A program made the position numbers and the translations under genes. A DNA stretch of 64,000 nt from NCBI GenBank assembly GCA_902632555.1, contig CACPCZ010000005.1, forward strand, positions 5,538 through 69,537, written 5' to 3'. The stretch's first letter is position 1, and each line of letters starts with the position of its first letter. The stretch comes from an uncultured SAR86 cluster bacterium. Lineage in GTDB: Bacteria; Pseudomonadota; Gammaproteobacteria; Magnimaribacterales; D2472. The notes beneath the pieces were generated by a model, which saw only the letters and a list, made by a program, of their open reading frames with translations, did not search any database and had not been told where the DNA came from. This document shows positions 48,370 through 57,686 of the stretch, piece after piece.

Positions 48370-50027
48370 AGTCTAAATACTCCGTATTCTTTCGCGCCTT
48401 CAACTTCATTGTTATTAACTATTGATAAACAAAAACCTATAACGTCTCGAGTATCTCTCGGATCAATAATTCCATCATCTGTTAGCATGCTGCTTGCTAC
48501 AAGCCCATGTGATAACTTTTCTAAATAATCAACAACCATTTCTTTTAACTGTTTATCAGCTTTATTATCGAACTTTTTACCGTCTCTCTTGGCTTTGGCT
48601 TTTCTAACTATGGACATAACACCAGCCATTTGCTCAGGACCCATGACAGCAATTTTTGCTGTCGGCCATAAAAAAGTAAATCTATTATTGTAGGCTTTTC
48701 CAGACATTGCATAAGTTCCAGCGCCATATGAGGCACCAACGATAAATGTTATATGAGGTACAGTCGAGTTAGAGACAGCATTTATGAGCTGTGATCCCTT
48801 TTTAATTATTCCTTGTCTTTCAAAGTCTTTACCAACTAAGAAACCAGTAACGTTATGTAAAAAAATTAAAGGTATATCTCTTTTATTACATAACTGAATA
48901 AAACTGGCGCCTTTTTCAGCTGATTCAGGATATATAGGTCCATTGTTACCTATTATTCCGATTTGATAGCCATGAACAGAAGCCCATCCGCAGACTAGTG
49001 AAGAACCATACAATGGTTTAAATTCCTCAAATTTTGATCCATCAGTAAATCTTGCAATAATTTCTCTTATATCAACGGCAGATTTTAGATCTTCACTTAA
49101 AATACCCAGTAACTCCTCCTTATTATATTTTGGCTCAGTGCTTTTTATTGTTGGTTCAAGTCCTTTCTTGCTCCAATTCAAATGAGAAACTACTTCTCTG
49201 CATATTCTTAAAGCATCCATTTCATCTTCAGCTAAATAATCAGATAAACCTGAGATTTCAGAATGCATTTGTGCTCCTCCGAGAGTTTCATCATCTGACT
49301 CTTCACCAGTTGCCATTTTTACAAGAGGAGGCCCAGCTAAAAATGCTTTCGATTGATCTTTAATAAAAATATTATAGTCTGACATTCCAGGCTGATAAGC
49401 ACCACCAGCAGTGGACGAACCGAATACTACAGATATTACTGGTATTCTTAATTTAGATAATTCAGTCATTTCATAGAAAAATCTACCTGTAGATGCAAAA
49501 TGAGATTGTTGAAGAGTAGGGGCAATTGGAGGTTCACCACCCCCGCCAATATTTGATACATTTAGATCGCCACCAGCAGATTCTACAAAACTTATAAAAG
49601 GTATCTTATTATCTCTAGAAATTTCGATTGCTCTTTTCCATTTCTCAGCAACATATACTGTCATAGCTCCAGCTTTGACAGAAGGGTCGTTTGCAAAGAT
49701 CACACATTCAACTCCTGAAATTATTCCAATACCTGAAACACACCCACCACCAACATTATAGTTATTAGTTCCATAAGCGGCATAAGGCTGTATCTCTAAG
49801 AAAGGACTATCAGGATCTAAAACATTCATTACTCTGTGTCTTACAGGCATCTTGCCTCTTTTTGCTAGACGTTCGTGATGATGCATCCCACCTCCAATTT
49901 CGGCAAGATCTAAAAGCCCCTCAAGAAACTTCAGCTTTTCAAGCATCATTTCTTTATTCTTGATAAATTGATCAGAGTTTATATCAATATTTGATTTTAA
50001 TTTTGGAGCAATATTTTTTTTCTTCAT
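48366..50027 (-). CDS. Acyl-CoA carboxylase beta (carboxyltransferase) subunit, AtuC/LiuB-like
   Basis: STAGGAY, AGPPLVKMATGE, SYGAG.YAM, DDGIIDPRDTR and YGVFRL motifs. Confidence 0.93.
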   Translation of the reverse strand: MKKKNIAPKLKSNIDINSDQFIKNKEMMLEKLKFLEGLLDLAEIGGGMHHHERLAKRGKMPVRHRVMNVLDPDSPFLEIQPYAAYGTNNYNVGGGCVSGIGIISGVECVIFANDPSVKAGAMTVYVAEKWKRAIEISRDNKIPFISFVESAGGDLNVSNIGGGGEPPIAPTLQQSHFASTGRFFYEMTELSKLRIPVISVVFGSSTAGGAYQPGMSDYNIFIKDQSKAFLAGPPLVKMATGEESDDETLGGAQMHSEISGLSDYLAEDEMDALRICREVVSHLNWSKKGLEPTIKSTEPKYNKEELLGILSEDLKSAVDIREIIARFTDGSKFEEFKPLYGSSLVCGWASVHGYQIGIIGNNGPIYPESAEKGASFIQLCNKRDIPLIFLHNVTGFLVGKDFERQGIIKKGSQLINAVSNSTVPHITFIVGASYGAGTYAMSGKAYNNRFTFLWPTAKIAVMGPEQMAGVMSIVRKAKAKRDGKKFDNKADKQLKEMVVDYLEKLSHGLVASSMLTDDGIIDPRDTRDVIGFCLSIVNNNEVEGAKEYGVFRL

Positions 50028-50054
50028 AGAACAATAATTAATAAGGGCAGATTA

Positions 50055-50082
50055 TGGTAATATATTATCATTAATATTACCA
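50055..50082. promoter_or_regulatory. 9-bp inverted repeat, candidate operator of the atu-like operon
   Basis: TGGTAATAT-N10-ATATTACCA in the divergent intergenic region between the carboxyltransferase and GST genes. Confidence 0.5.
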
Positions 50083-50122
50083 CTATTTAAAGGTAGAATA
50101 CCCCAATCTAAATTTAATAATA

Positions 50123-50743
50123 ATGATAAAAATATACGGAACAGAGAACTCCAGGGCTGTAAGGCCTATATGGACTGCAGAAGAAATGGGCCTAGATTAC
50201 GAATTAATAATGATGCCATTTCCTCCGAGAGTCTTCATGAAAGAATATTTAGATATTAATATGCTTGGCACAATACCTTATTTAATTGATGGTGATATTG
50301 AGATGACAGAGTCAGTTGCAATATCTCAGTATCTTGTTGAAAAATATGGACCTACTGACCTTCAAGTCAGACCTGACGAAGAAGACTATCCTCTTTATTT
50401 AAATTGGTTATTCCATGCAGATGCTACTCTTACATTTCCTCAAACTGTTGTACTTAGATATAAGATTCAAGAGCCTGGAGTTGCAGATGCTGCAGTTGAA
50501 GGTTACAGCAGGTGGTTTGTTTCAAGATTGAAACTTCTTGAAAAATCATTAGAAAATAGAGAGTATTTATGCTCAAACAGATTTACTATTGCTGACATAT
50601 GTGTAAGTTATGCAATAAATCTTGCAGAGGCCCTTGGAATTGAACAAGCATTTAAACCAAACATTAAAAGATGGTCTGAAAAATTATTCGCAAGGCCAGC
50701 ATTTATTAAAAGCAAAGGATATAAATATGAACCTGAAAAGTAA
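50123..50743 (+). CDS. Glutathione S-transferase family protein
   Basis: SRAVRPIW, GTIPYL.DG, TESVAI..YL and FTIADI motifs. Confidence 0.92.
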   Translation: MIKIYGTENSRAVRPIWTAEEMGLDYELIMMPFPPRVFMKEYLDINMLGTIPYLIDGDIEMTESVAISQYLVEKYGPTDLQVRPDEEDYPLYLNWLFHADATLTFPQTVVLRYKIQEPGVADAAVEGYSRWFVSRLKLLEKSLENREYLCSNRFTIADICVSYAINLAEALGIEQAFKPNIKRWSEKLFARPAFIKSKGYKYEPEK

Positions 50744-51986
50744 ATTTAATTACAGCGTACTTATACTAGCTTTTTTTTCCTCATTATTAATAGCTAATCA
50801 GACAAATCATATTCAAACAATTTATTTAGGCTCAGGATGTTTTTGGGGAGCTGAAAAAGGTTATGAATCATTAAATGGAGTTATTGATGCTGAATCAGGC
50901 TATGCAAATGGTTATGGCATAAATCCGGACTATAGGTCAATTATTCAATTAAAAAATAAATTTAATTCAGATAATTTCGCAGAGGTTGTAAAAGTTACTT
51001 TTAATTCAAACTTTATTAGTTTGGAGGAAATTTTAATTCACTTTTTTGAGACACATGATCCAACACAATATAACAGACAAGGTAATGATATAGGAACTCA
51101 ATACCGATCAACAATTTTGTTTACAAATGAAGATCAAAAAAAACTTTCAGAATCATTAAAAGATGAGTTTCAAATACTATTAAGTGAAAATGGTTATGGA
51201 AAAATCAAGACCAAGATCGAGCCTTTAGAAAATTTTTATTTAGCTGAAGAATATCATCAAGATTATTTGAAAAAAAATCCTAATGGATATTGTCCAGATC
51301 TTTCAACTGGAATAGTTTTTAACAAAGAAGAGATACCTATAATTGATAATTCTCAATTACAAGTTGGTAAACAAATATTAGTTCTTGATTCAAGAAACTA
51401 CTGTCCATATTGTGAAAAATTGAAGCTAGATGTTACAGATGAATATAAAGGTAGTATACCTATAAGCTACAGAACATCAGATCAGTTGCAAGGACTTGAA
51501 ATCAATTCTCCTACCTGGGCAACTCCTTCAATTTTATTTCTTGAAAATGGAATTGAAGTCTTTGCTCATCAAGGATATCTTGATGCAAAAGAATTCTATA
51601 AATTATTAGGTAAATTTAAGCTTGGTAAAACAGAGGCTTATAATGTAGCCTTTAATGAAGGCACAGATGCCAGATTTTGCAGGGAGTATCAAATATTTAA
51701 AAATACTCCTGATGGAGTATTTGTTGATAAATTAAGTGGTGCTCCACTTTTTGATACCAGAGATAGGTTTGTCTCAAGGTCGGGCTGGTTATCATTCACT
51801 AGTCCAGTTGAGGGCTCAGTTTATGAGCTACCTGATAATAGATATGGAATGAGACGAACAGAAATACGGTCAGTTTCTAGTGATATCCATTTAGGTCATG
51901 TTTTTGATGATGGGCCAAATGGCATGCCAAGATATTGTATCAATGCAACTGTTTTAGAGTTTTTGCCAAGAGCTAAAAGTACATAA
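50727..51986 (+). CDS. msrAB: Secreted peptide methionine sulfoxide reductase fusion MsrA-thioredoxin-like-MsrB
   Basis: Signal peptide after ATG 50727 (AAGGA RBS). MsrA motifs GCFWG and AEEYHQDY, central CPYC domain, MsrB motifs GWLSF, HLGHVF and RYCIN. Confidence 0.9.
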   Translation: MNLKSKFNYSVLILAFFSSLLIANQTNHIQTIYLGSGCFWGAEKGYESLNGVIDAESGYANGYGINPDYRSIIQLKNKFNSDNFAEVVKVTFNSNFISLEEILIHFFETHDPTQYNRQGNDIGTQYRSTILFTNEDQKKLSESLKDEFQILLSENGYGKIKTKIEPLENFYLAEEYHQDYLKKNPNGYCPDLSTGIVFNKEEIPIIDNSQLQVGKQILVLDSRNYCPYCEKLKLDVTDEYKGSIPISYRTSDQLQGLEINSPTWATPSILFLENGIEVFAHQGYLDAKEFYKLLGKFKLGKTEAYNVAFNEGTDARFCREYQIFKNTPDGVFVDKLSGAPLFDTRDRFVSRSGWLSFTSPVEGSVYELPDNRYGMRRTEIRSVSSDIHLGHVFDDGPNGMPRYCINATVLEFLPRAKST

Positions 51987-53927
51987 TTAATAACTTTTAC
52001 CAAACCCAAAGTCATATGTTGGACTTTCACTATCATCAGGAAGATCTTCTTTTTGATTAATAACAGCATTCATTGATGATGGTATCTCAAATGGCAGCTT
52101 GCCACTTGGATTAAAATGCCCAAAGATTGCCTCAAATATTACCTCATCAAGAACACCAAATGTACCAATTAATCCTGATGAGAGATCTTTAATTTCATGC
52201 AGTATTGCAGGCCTATTTAAATCTACAACTACAATTAATTTTCCATTTTGAGAATATTTTCTTATTTTATTTAAAATTTCTTCATTAAAATTTAAATCTC
52301 CATTTGGAAATAATGTACTGAGAAAATTATCAAACATCCTATTTAATCCAGACTCCTGATTTCCATTAAAAACAGTGTGAACATACATTATTGTTACATC
52401 AGCTTTTGATGGATCGTTGACGATCTCTCCAAAACGAGAAGCCGTATCTATGTCCAATCCTTCAACAAAAACCTTCTGATCTTTTTTAAGAGGCAAAACC
52501 CCATCATTTTCAAGCAAAACAATTGATTTTCTTTGAGCATCAAGTCCAGCTTGAATATTTTTTTTAGTTGCTACATTTTTGTCTACATCATTAATCTCTA
52601 CATAAGGATTATCAAACAAGCCTAATTCAAATTTATTAATAAGTATTCTTCTTACAGAATCATTAATAAGATCTATTGGTATCTCATTTTCATTAACTAA
52701 CTCAATAATATGCTCTGGATCATCCTCACCACCATATTGATCAATACCTGCAAGAAGAGATTTTTTATATCGATCTTTAATTGATAAATTTTCAACACCC
52801 CAATGTCTACCAGTAATTATTCCCCAGTCAGCACAAATTACTCCTTTATATCCAAGTTCATCTCTTAAAAGATCAGTCAGGATGTATTTATTAAATCCCA
52901 TTGCAACGTCGTCATCAGTAACTCCAAGAGGAATGCCGTAGTAGGGCATGATTACTTTCAAATTATTTTTTATAGCCTCTTTAAACGGCAACAAATGATA
53001 TTCAAAATTATTAGCAGGATAAGTTTGATTTCTACCACTAAATAAATGAGGATCGAGACCGTCTTGCTGAGGACCACCACCAGGAAAGTGTTTGACCATT
53101 GTATGAACACTCTCATTCGAAATATTAACCCCTTGAAAACCTTTCATATAAGCAGTTGTCATTTTTGACGATAGGACTGCATTAGAACCAAAGGTTCCAA
53201 AATTTCTTGCCCATCTTGGCTCAGTTGCTAAGTCTGACATCGGATGAAGTGCTGTTCGTATTCCTACCGCCGTGTATTCCTCTCTAGCAATTTTTGCAAA
53301 ATCATAAATTATTTTAGGATCATTTGTTGCAGCAAAACCTAGTTGAGATGGCCATTTTGAAAATCCATCAACTGAAAAAGAAGCTATTCCACCACCTTTC
53401 GGAACCTCATGAATAGGATCTGAGCTGATAGTAATTGGAATCCCTAATCTTGTCTTTGAAGCAACTTTTTGAAAATGATTAATTTTTTCAGCAAGTGCTA
53501 TGGGACTAGGATTACCATATAAATTAAAGTGTGTAATATTATCCAAAGCAATCTTTGCTTCAGTAAGGCTGTTTCCTCTTATTGCAATTTCGTAAATTAA
53601 CATCCATATATCCGGTTTAAGGGTAAATGGAGGATGAAACATTTGACCAATTTTTTCCTCTAAAGTCATTTTTTCTAAAAGATCAATTGTTCTTAATTCT
53701 GAACTTAATCTATGATCTTCATAAATATCAAGGGTGTTATTTTTGTTAAGATCTCTGAATGAGTAATCTCCATACTTTAAAAGGGATGGCTCTTTATAAA
53801 GTACGCTATTAACTTTTATGATTTGAAAAGGCTTATATAAGTTTATCAATGAAAATGCTGATAACATCAACAGCAAAATTATCAAAATAAAAGAGATATT
53901 TTTTAAGAGTGATATACCTCTGTTCAA
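51987..53927 (-). CDS. GH3 family beta-glucosidase, membrane-anchored or exported
   Basis: N-terminal hydrophobic anchor, EPRWAR, KHFPG, IMPYY, CADWG and PSGKLP motifs. Confidence 0.9.
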   Translation of the reverse strand: MNRGISLLKNISFILIILLLMLSAFSLINLYKPFQIIKVNSVLYKEPSLLKYGDYSFRDLNKNNTLDIYEDHRLSSELRTIDLLEKMTLEEKIGQMFHPPFTLKPDIWMLIYEIAIRGNSLTEAKIALDNITHFNLYGNPSPIALAEKINHFQKVASKTRLGIPITISSDPIHEVPKGGGIASFSVDGFSKWPSQLGFAATNDPKIIYDFAKIAREEYTAVGIRTALHPMSDLATEPRWARNFGTFGSNAVLSSKMTTAYMKGFQGVNISNESVHTMVKHFPGGGPQQDGLDPHLFSGRNQTYPANNFEYHLLPFKEAIKNNLKVIMPYYGIPLGVTDDDVAMGFNKYILTDLLRDELGYKGVICADWGIITGRHWGVENLSIKDRYKKSLLAGIDQYGGEDDPEHIIELVNENEIPIDLINDSVRRILINKFELGLFDNPYVEINDVDKNVATKKNIQAGLDAQRKSIVLLENDGVLPLKKDQKVFVEGLDIDTASRFGEIVNDPSKADVTIMYVHTVFNGNQESGLNRMFDNFLSTLFPNGDLNFNEEILNKIRKYSQNGKLIVVVDLNRPAILHEIKDLSSGLIGTFGVLDEVIFEAIFGHFNPSGKLPFEIPSSMNAVINQKEDLPDDSESPTYDFGFGKSY

Positions 53928-53943
53928 AATAGGTTATCCAATT

Positions 53944-55101
53944 TTAATTATCTGAAAAGAAACCATTAATCCTCTCATAAGAATCTATGAATTCTTCTTT
54001 AAATTTTTGAACAGTTTGTCCCGCAGTAATAGTTTCGTTAACCAAGCCTATGCCTTGACCAACCCAATATGTCTCTAGCTGTTTTGCACCTTCATGACCT
54101 ATAGCAGCTTGATCTGCGACTTTTTTAAGAGCGGGCTCACTCACCATAGTTTGAAGCGGCATTGGAAGTGGTTCTGGTGCATCTTTGCCTTCCCAAGCTT
54201 CAACCCATGGTGAAGACAATTGTCTTGAATGTTTACCTGTTCTACTTTTTGATCTAACAGTATGACTTGATGAAGCTGCAATCATTTTCTCTTTAATATT
54301 ATCTGAAGTTTCTGCTTCAGTAGTGGGTAGAAATACTGATGCACACCATACGCCGTCAGCACCCATTGCCATAACACCAGCCATTTGCTCACCTGTACAA
54401 ATACCTCCAGCGGCAAGTATTGGCACATCACCATATTCTTTTAAAGCTCTTCTCACTTCAGGAACTAAAACCATTGTTGAAACGCTCCCGCAATGTCCAC
54501 CACCCTCAGTACCTGATACTACTATAATATCTACACCAGCTTCAGCTTGCTTTACTGCATGTTGTTTTGCTCCAACCAATGCAGCAACAGGAACATTATT
54601 AGCTTTACCCATTTCTAACATCCATTTTGGAGGGACTCCAAGAGCATTAGCTACTAGACTTATTGGATGAGCAAAAGCAACCTCAAGCACTTCTTTGGCC
54701 CCATCAAGTCCGGCACCAAGTACGCCATTTGAATTAGTTTCTAACTTTCTAGAATATTCGTTATCCCTCAAGTCAGCTGCATCTAAATCATGTTGCTCAA
54801 GAACATCTGCTCGAAATTCCCTATGTTCTTGAGGAATCATTGCTCTGAGATCGTCAGTTGAAAGATTTTCTCCTTTACCTACGTACGAATTTGGAACTAA
54901 AACATCTACACCATAAGGTTTACCATCAACGTGCTCGTCAATCCAATTCAACTCAATTTCTAATTTTTCTGGCGTAAGTCCAACAGCACCCAAAACACCC
55001 ATACCACCTGCCTTTGAAACAGCAGCAACAACATCTCTGCAATGGCTGAAAGCAACTAAAGGAAATTCAATTCCAAGTAAATCGCAAATTTGTGATTTCA
55101 T
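53944..55101 (-). CDS. Nitronate monooxygenase / FabK-like flavin oxidoreductase
   Basis: VAAVSKAGGMGVLG, GTEGGGHCG and LAAGGI motifs. Confidence 0.88.
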   Translation of the reverse strand: MKSQICDLLGIEFPLVAFSHCRDVVAAVSKAGGMGVLGAVGLTPEKLEIELNWIDEHVDGKPYGVDVLVPNSYVGKGENLSTDDLRAMIPQEHREFRADVLEQHDLDAADLRDNEYSRKLETNSNGVLGAGLDGAKEVLEVAFAHPISLVANALGVPPKWMLEMGKANNVPVAALVGAKQHAVKQAEAGVDIIVVSGTEGGGHCGSVSTMVLVPEVRRALKEYGDVPILAAGGICTGEQMAGVMAMGADGVWCASVFLPTTEAETSDNIKEKMIAASSSHTVRSKSRTGKHSRQLSSPWVEAWEGKDAPEPLPMPLQTMVSEPALKKVADQAAIGHEGAKQLETYWVGQGIGLVNETITAGQTVQKFKEEFIDSYERINGFFSDN

Positions 55102-55160
55102 TTTTACTCCTCAATTGTTCATACATAGTTTATATTAACTACTTTAGGATAATTTACAAA

Positions 55161-55649
55161 ATGAATAAATTTACTGTTCCAGATATTTGCGATGAATTTG
55201 AGGATAAAATTCAAATAGGTGATTTGTTCCTAAGTTCATACGGTTTACAAGAAAAGTTTTACGGAAAAATTCAAACTGCAAGGTGCGAACATTCAAACAA
55301 AGTTGTAAAAGAAATAGTTGCTCAAAACGGAGAGGATATGGTCTTATTTATTCAGCATACCGGTATCGAAAAATGCTCAATGGTTGGAGATCAAATTGCA
55401 CAAATGGCATATGAAAATGGATGGAAAGGAATTATTACTAATGGATATATTCGAGATGCAGAAGTTATAAAAGAAATACCAATCGGAGTATATGCATTAA
55501 ATACATACCCAAAAAAAACTAATAAATCTATTGGAGTTGGAGAGATAGGTGTGAACCTTGAATTTGATAAATTTATTGTAAGGCCAGATGAGTGGGTATA
55601 TGTTGATACTAATGGATGGGTAATTTCCGAAGAGGAGCTAGAATTTTAA
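55161..55649 (+). CDS. RraA family protein
   Basis: PDICD, MVGDQIA, GWKGII.NGYIRD and YVDTNG motifs. Start set at MNKFTVPD. Confidence 0.85.
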   Translation: MNKFTVPDICDEFEDKIQIGDLFLSSYGLQEKFYGKIQTARCEHSNKVVKEIVAQNGEDMVLFIQHTGIEKCSMVGDQIAQMAYENGWKGIITNGYIRDAEVIKEIPIGVYALNTYPKKTNKSIGVGEIGVNLEFDKFIVRPDEWVYVDTNGWVISEEELEF

Positions 55650-56522
55650 TTCGCTTATTTTTTTATCCTTTTCAAACCAAATTTTTTCAACCCACTTCTT
55701 AAACTCTTCTCTGTATGCTTCATCATTTGAATAATTTCTCCCTTTAAGGTTGTCAGGAATTTTATAGCTTTTTATATAAACTTTAACGTCGCTCATTTCT
55801 CCATTCAAAAAAGACCAAGCATCTCTTTTTTTTGTTTTATACACCAAAGAGAAATCTATTAGCGTATCAATATTAGGCATTGCAGATAGAGCAGTTGCCA
55901 TACCGCCAATTTTTGGTTGTAAAAGATTTATATACTCTGAGTTTTGATTTCTATGTTTTTCTTCAGTAAATCTTGTACCTTCCGCATAACTAAAAATCGT
56001 AGATGGAGCTCTTAAAAATCTTTTGCATGATTTCAAAGTATTCTCATAATCTTTAGTTCTTAAAGAAGGGTTTTTAGCAATTGCTTTCTTTGAATGCCTA
56101 TTAACAAAAGGCATATTTAAAGTTTTATTTGCCAGAAACACAAAAGGTATCCACCATAATTCTTTTTTCATAAAAAACTTCAATAAAGGTATTCTCCTGT
56201 TGGCAGTAACAAGTAATACAAATATATCAGCCCATGACTGATGATTTGACATAGCCATGTACCATTTGCCTAAATCATATTCAGTTTCATTTATTACTTG
56301 AATTCTATTTCCATGCATTAAAAGCATGATAAGTTTTAATCCATATACTGTAATGTCACCAATTTGGTTAGAAAATCTTGCTAAAAATATTTTGAAGGAT
56401 TTAAATGGAATAATTGCTCTTGGAATGTTCACAATGGCTAGAGTTCCAAATCCAACTATTAACTCTAGAATAATTAAAATAAATGTTATCAAACCAATAA
56501 TGCTTGATTTAATGAACTTCAT
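55638..56522 (-). CDS. Lysophospholipid acyltransferase (PlsC/YihG-like)
   Basis: NHQSWADI, FFMKKEL and AEGTRF motifs. Confidence 0.9.
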   Translation of the reverse strand: MKFIKSSIIGLITFILIILELIVGFGTLAIVNIPRAIIPFKSFKIFLARFSNQIGDITVYGLKLIMLLMHGNRIQVINETEYDLGKWYMAMSNHQSWADIFVLLVTANRRIPLLKFFMKKELWWIPFVFLANKTLNMPFVNRHSKKAIAKNPSLRTKDYENTLKSCKRFLRAPSTIFSYAEGTRFTEEKHRNQNSEYINLLQPKIGGMATALSAMPNIDTLIDFSLVYKTKKRDAWSFLNGEMSDVKVYIKSYKIPDNLKGRNYSNDEAYREEFKKWVEKIWFEKDKKISELKF

Positions 56523-56540
56523 ATTTCGAACATATACCTC

Positions 56541-57680
56541 CTAAAAACCACTTAAGTTTGCGTATCTCTCAGTGTGAAATTTTGAACTTCCAAAAATTTG
56601 TTCTGCAACCCTGGCTCTTTTTAAAAAAAATCCAACATCATACTCGTCCGTAACACCAATTCCACCATGCATTTGTATAGCTTCATTTGATACAAGATGT
56701 AAGGTTTCACCAGCTACGGTTTTGGCAAGGCTTGATAATCTTTGCAATTCGTTTGAACCTTCATCCGCAGCCCTCATTGCTGCCATGACAGATGATTTTG
56801 TTAATTCAATTTCGCAAAACATTTCTGCTGCTCTATGTTGCAATGCTTGAAATGAACCAATAAGTACCCCAAATTGTTTTCTCTGTTTAAGATAATCCAA
56901 TGTAGTTTCAAAAGCAGCTTCTGAGTTTCCAAGCATCTCAGCTGAGATTGCAATTCTTCCAATATCTAAGATGTTATCTATTGCTTCACCTCCTGCCTCA
57001 GGATCACCAAGGATGTTATCTGATGGAACATCTACATTTTCAAAATTAATATTTGCATAATTTCTTGAATCAGCCATATCGAGCTTTACTTTATCTATTC
57101 CCGCTTGGTTAGAATCGATTAAAAATAAAGTTAGTCCAGTTGAGTCTCCCTTATTACCGGAAGTCCTAGCCAAGACAATTAAAAGATCAGAACTAGCTCC
57201 ATCGATGACAAAAACTTTTTTTCCTGAAAGAAGATAATTATTATTATTTTTCTTTGCAGATAGCTCAGTCTCATAAGGATTATGATGACTGGATTCGTCA
57301 ATAGCTAGGGAGACGGTAAGATCGCCCGATGCAATTGATGGTAAATATTTTTCTTTTTGTTCATCTGTTCCATATGTCTTTATTGAAAATGCTCCTAATA
57401 CGCCTGTTGCAAAAAGAGGAGAGGGAGTTAAGGTTTTTGCACATTCTTGAAGAACTACGCAAATACCCGAAATTCCAAAATTTGATCCCCCATATTTCTC
57501 GGGAATCATAATCCCTGGCCATCCTAGCTTTGACATTTCTGACCATAAATCCTTATCCCAGAGAATTGGATCATTATTATCTCTAAGAGATCTAAAGTGG
57601 GTTATGGGTGATCTTTCTTCTGCAAAGTTTTTAGCAGTGTCACGCAAAAACTGTTCTTCTTCATTAAGTATTAATTTCAT
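56541..57680 (-). CDS. Acyl-CoA dehydrogenase, partner subunit
   Basis: RKQFGVLIGSFQALQH and QMHGGIGVTDE motifs. Confidence 0.92.
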   Translation of the reverse strand: MKLILNEEEQFLRDTAKNFAEERSPITHFRSLRDNNDPILWDKDLWSEMSKLGWPGIMIPEKYGGSNFGISGICVVLQECAKTLTPSPLFATGVLGAFSIKTYGTDEQKEKYLPSIASGDLTVSLAIDESSHHNPYETELSAKKNNNNYLLSGKKVFVIDGASSDLLIVLARTSGNKGDSTGLTLFLIDSNQAGIDKVKLDMADSRNYANINFENVDVPSDNILGDPEAGGEAIDNILDIGRIAISAEMLGNSEAAFETTLDYLKQRKQFGVLIGSFQALQHRAAEMFCEIELTKSSVMAAMRAADEGSNELQRLSSLAKTVAGETLHLVSNEAIQMHGGIGVTDEYDVGFFLKRARVAEQIFGSSKFHTERYANLSGF

Positions 57681-57686
57681 AAGTAA

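Noticed and set aside
53715-53760. EF-hand-like DLNKNNTLDIYED segment in the GH3 enzyme
   Set aside because: This is a common N-terminal feature of this GH3 subfamily and not novel.
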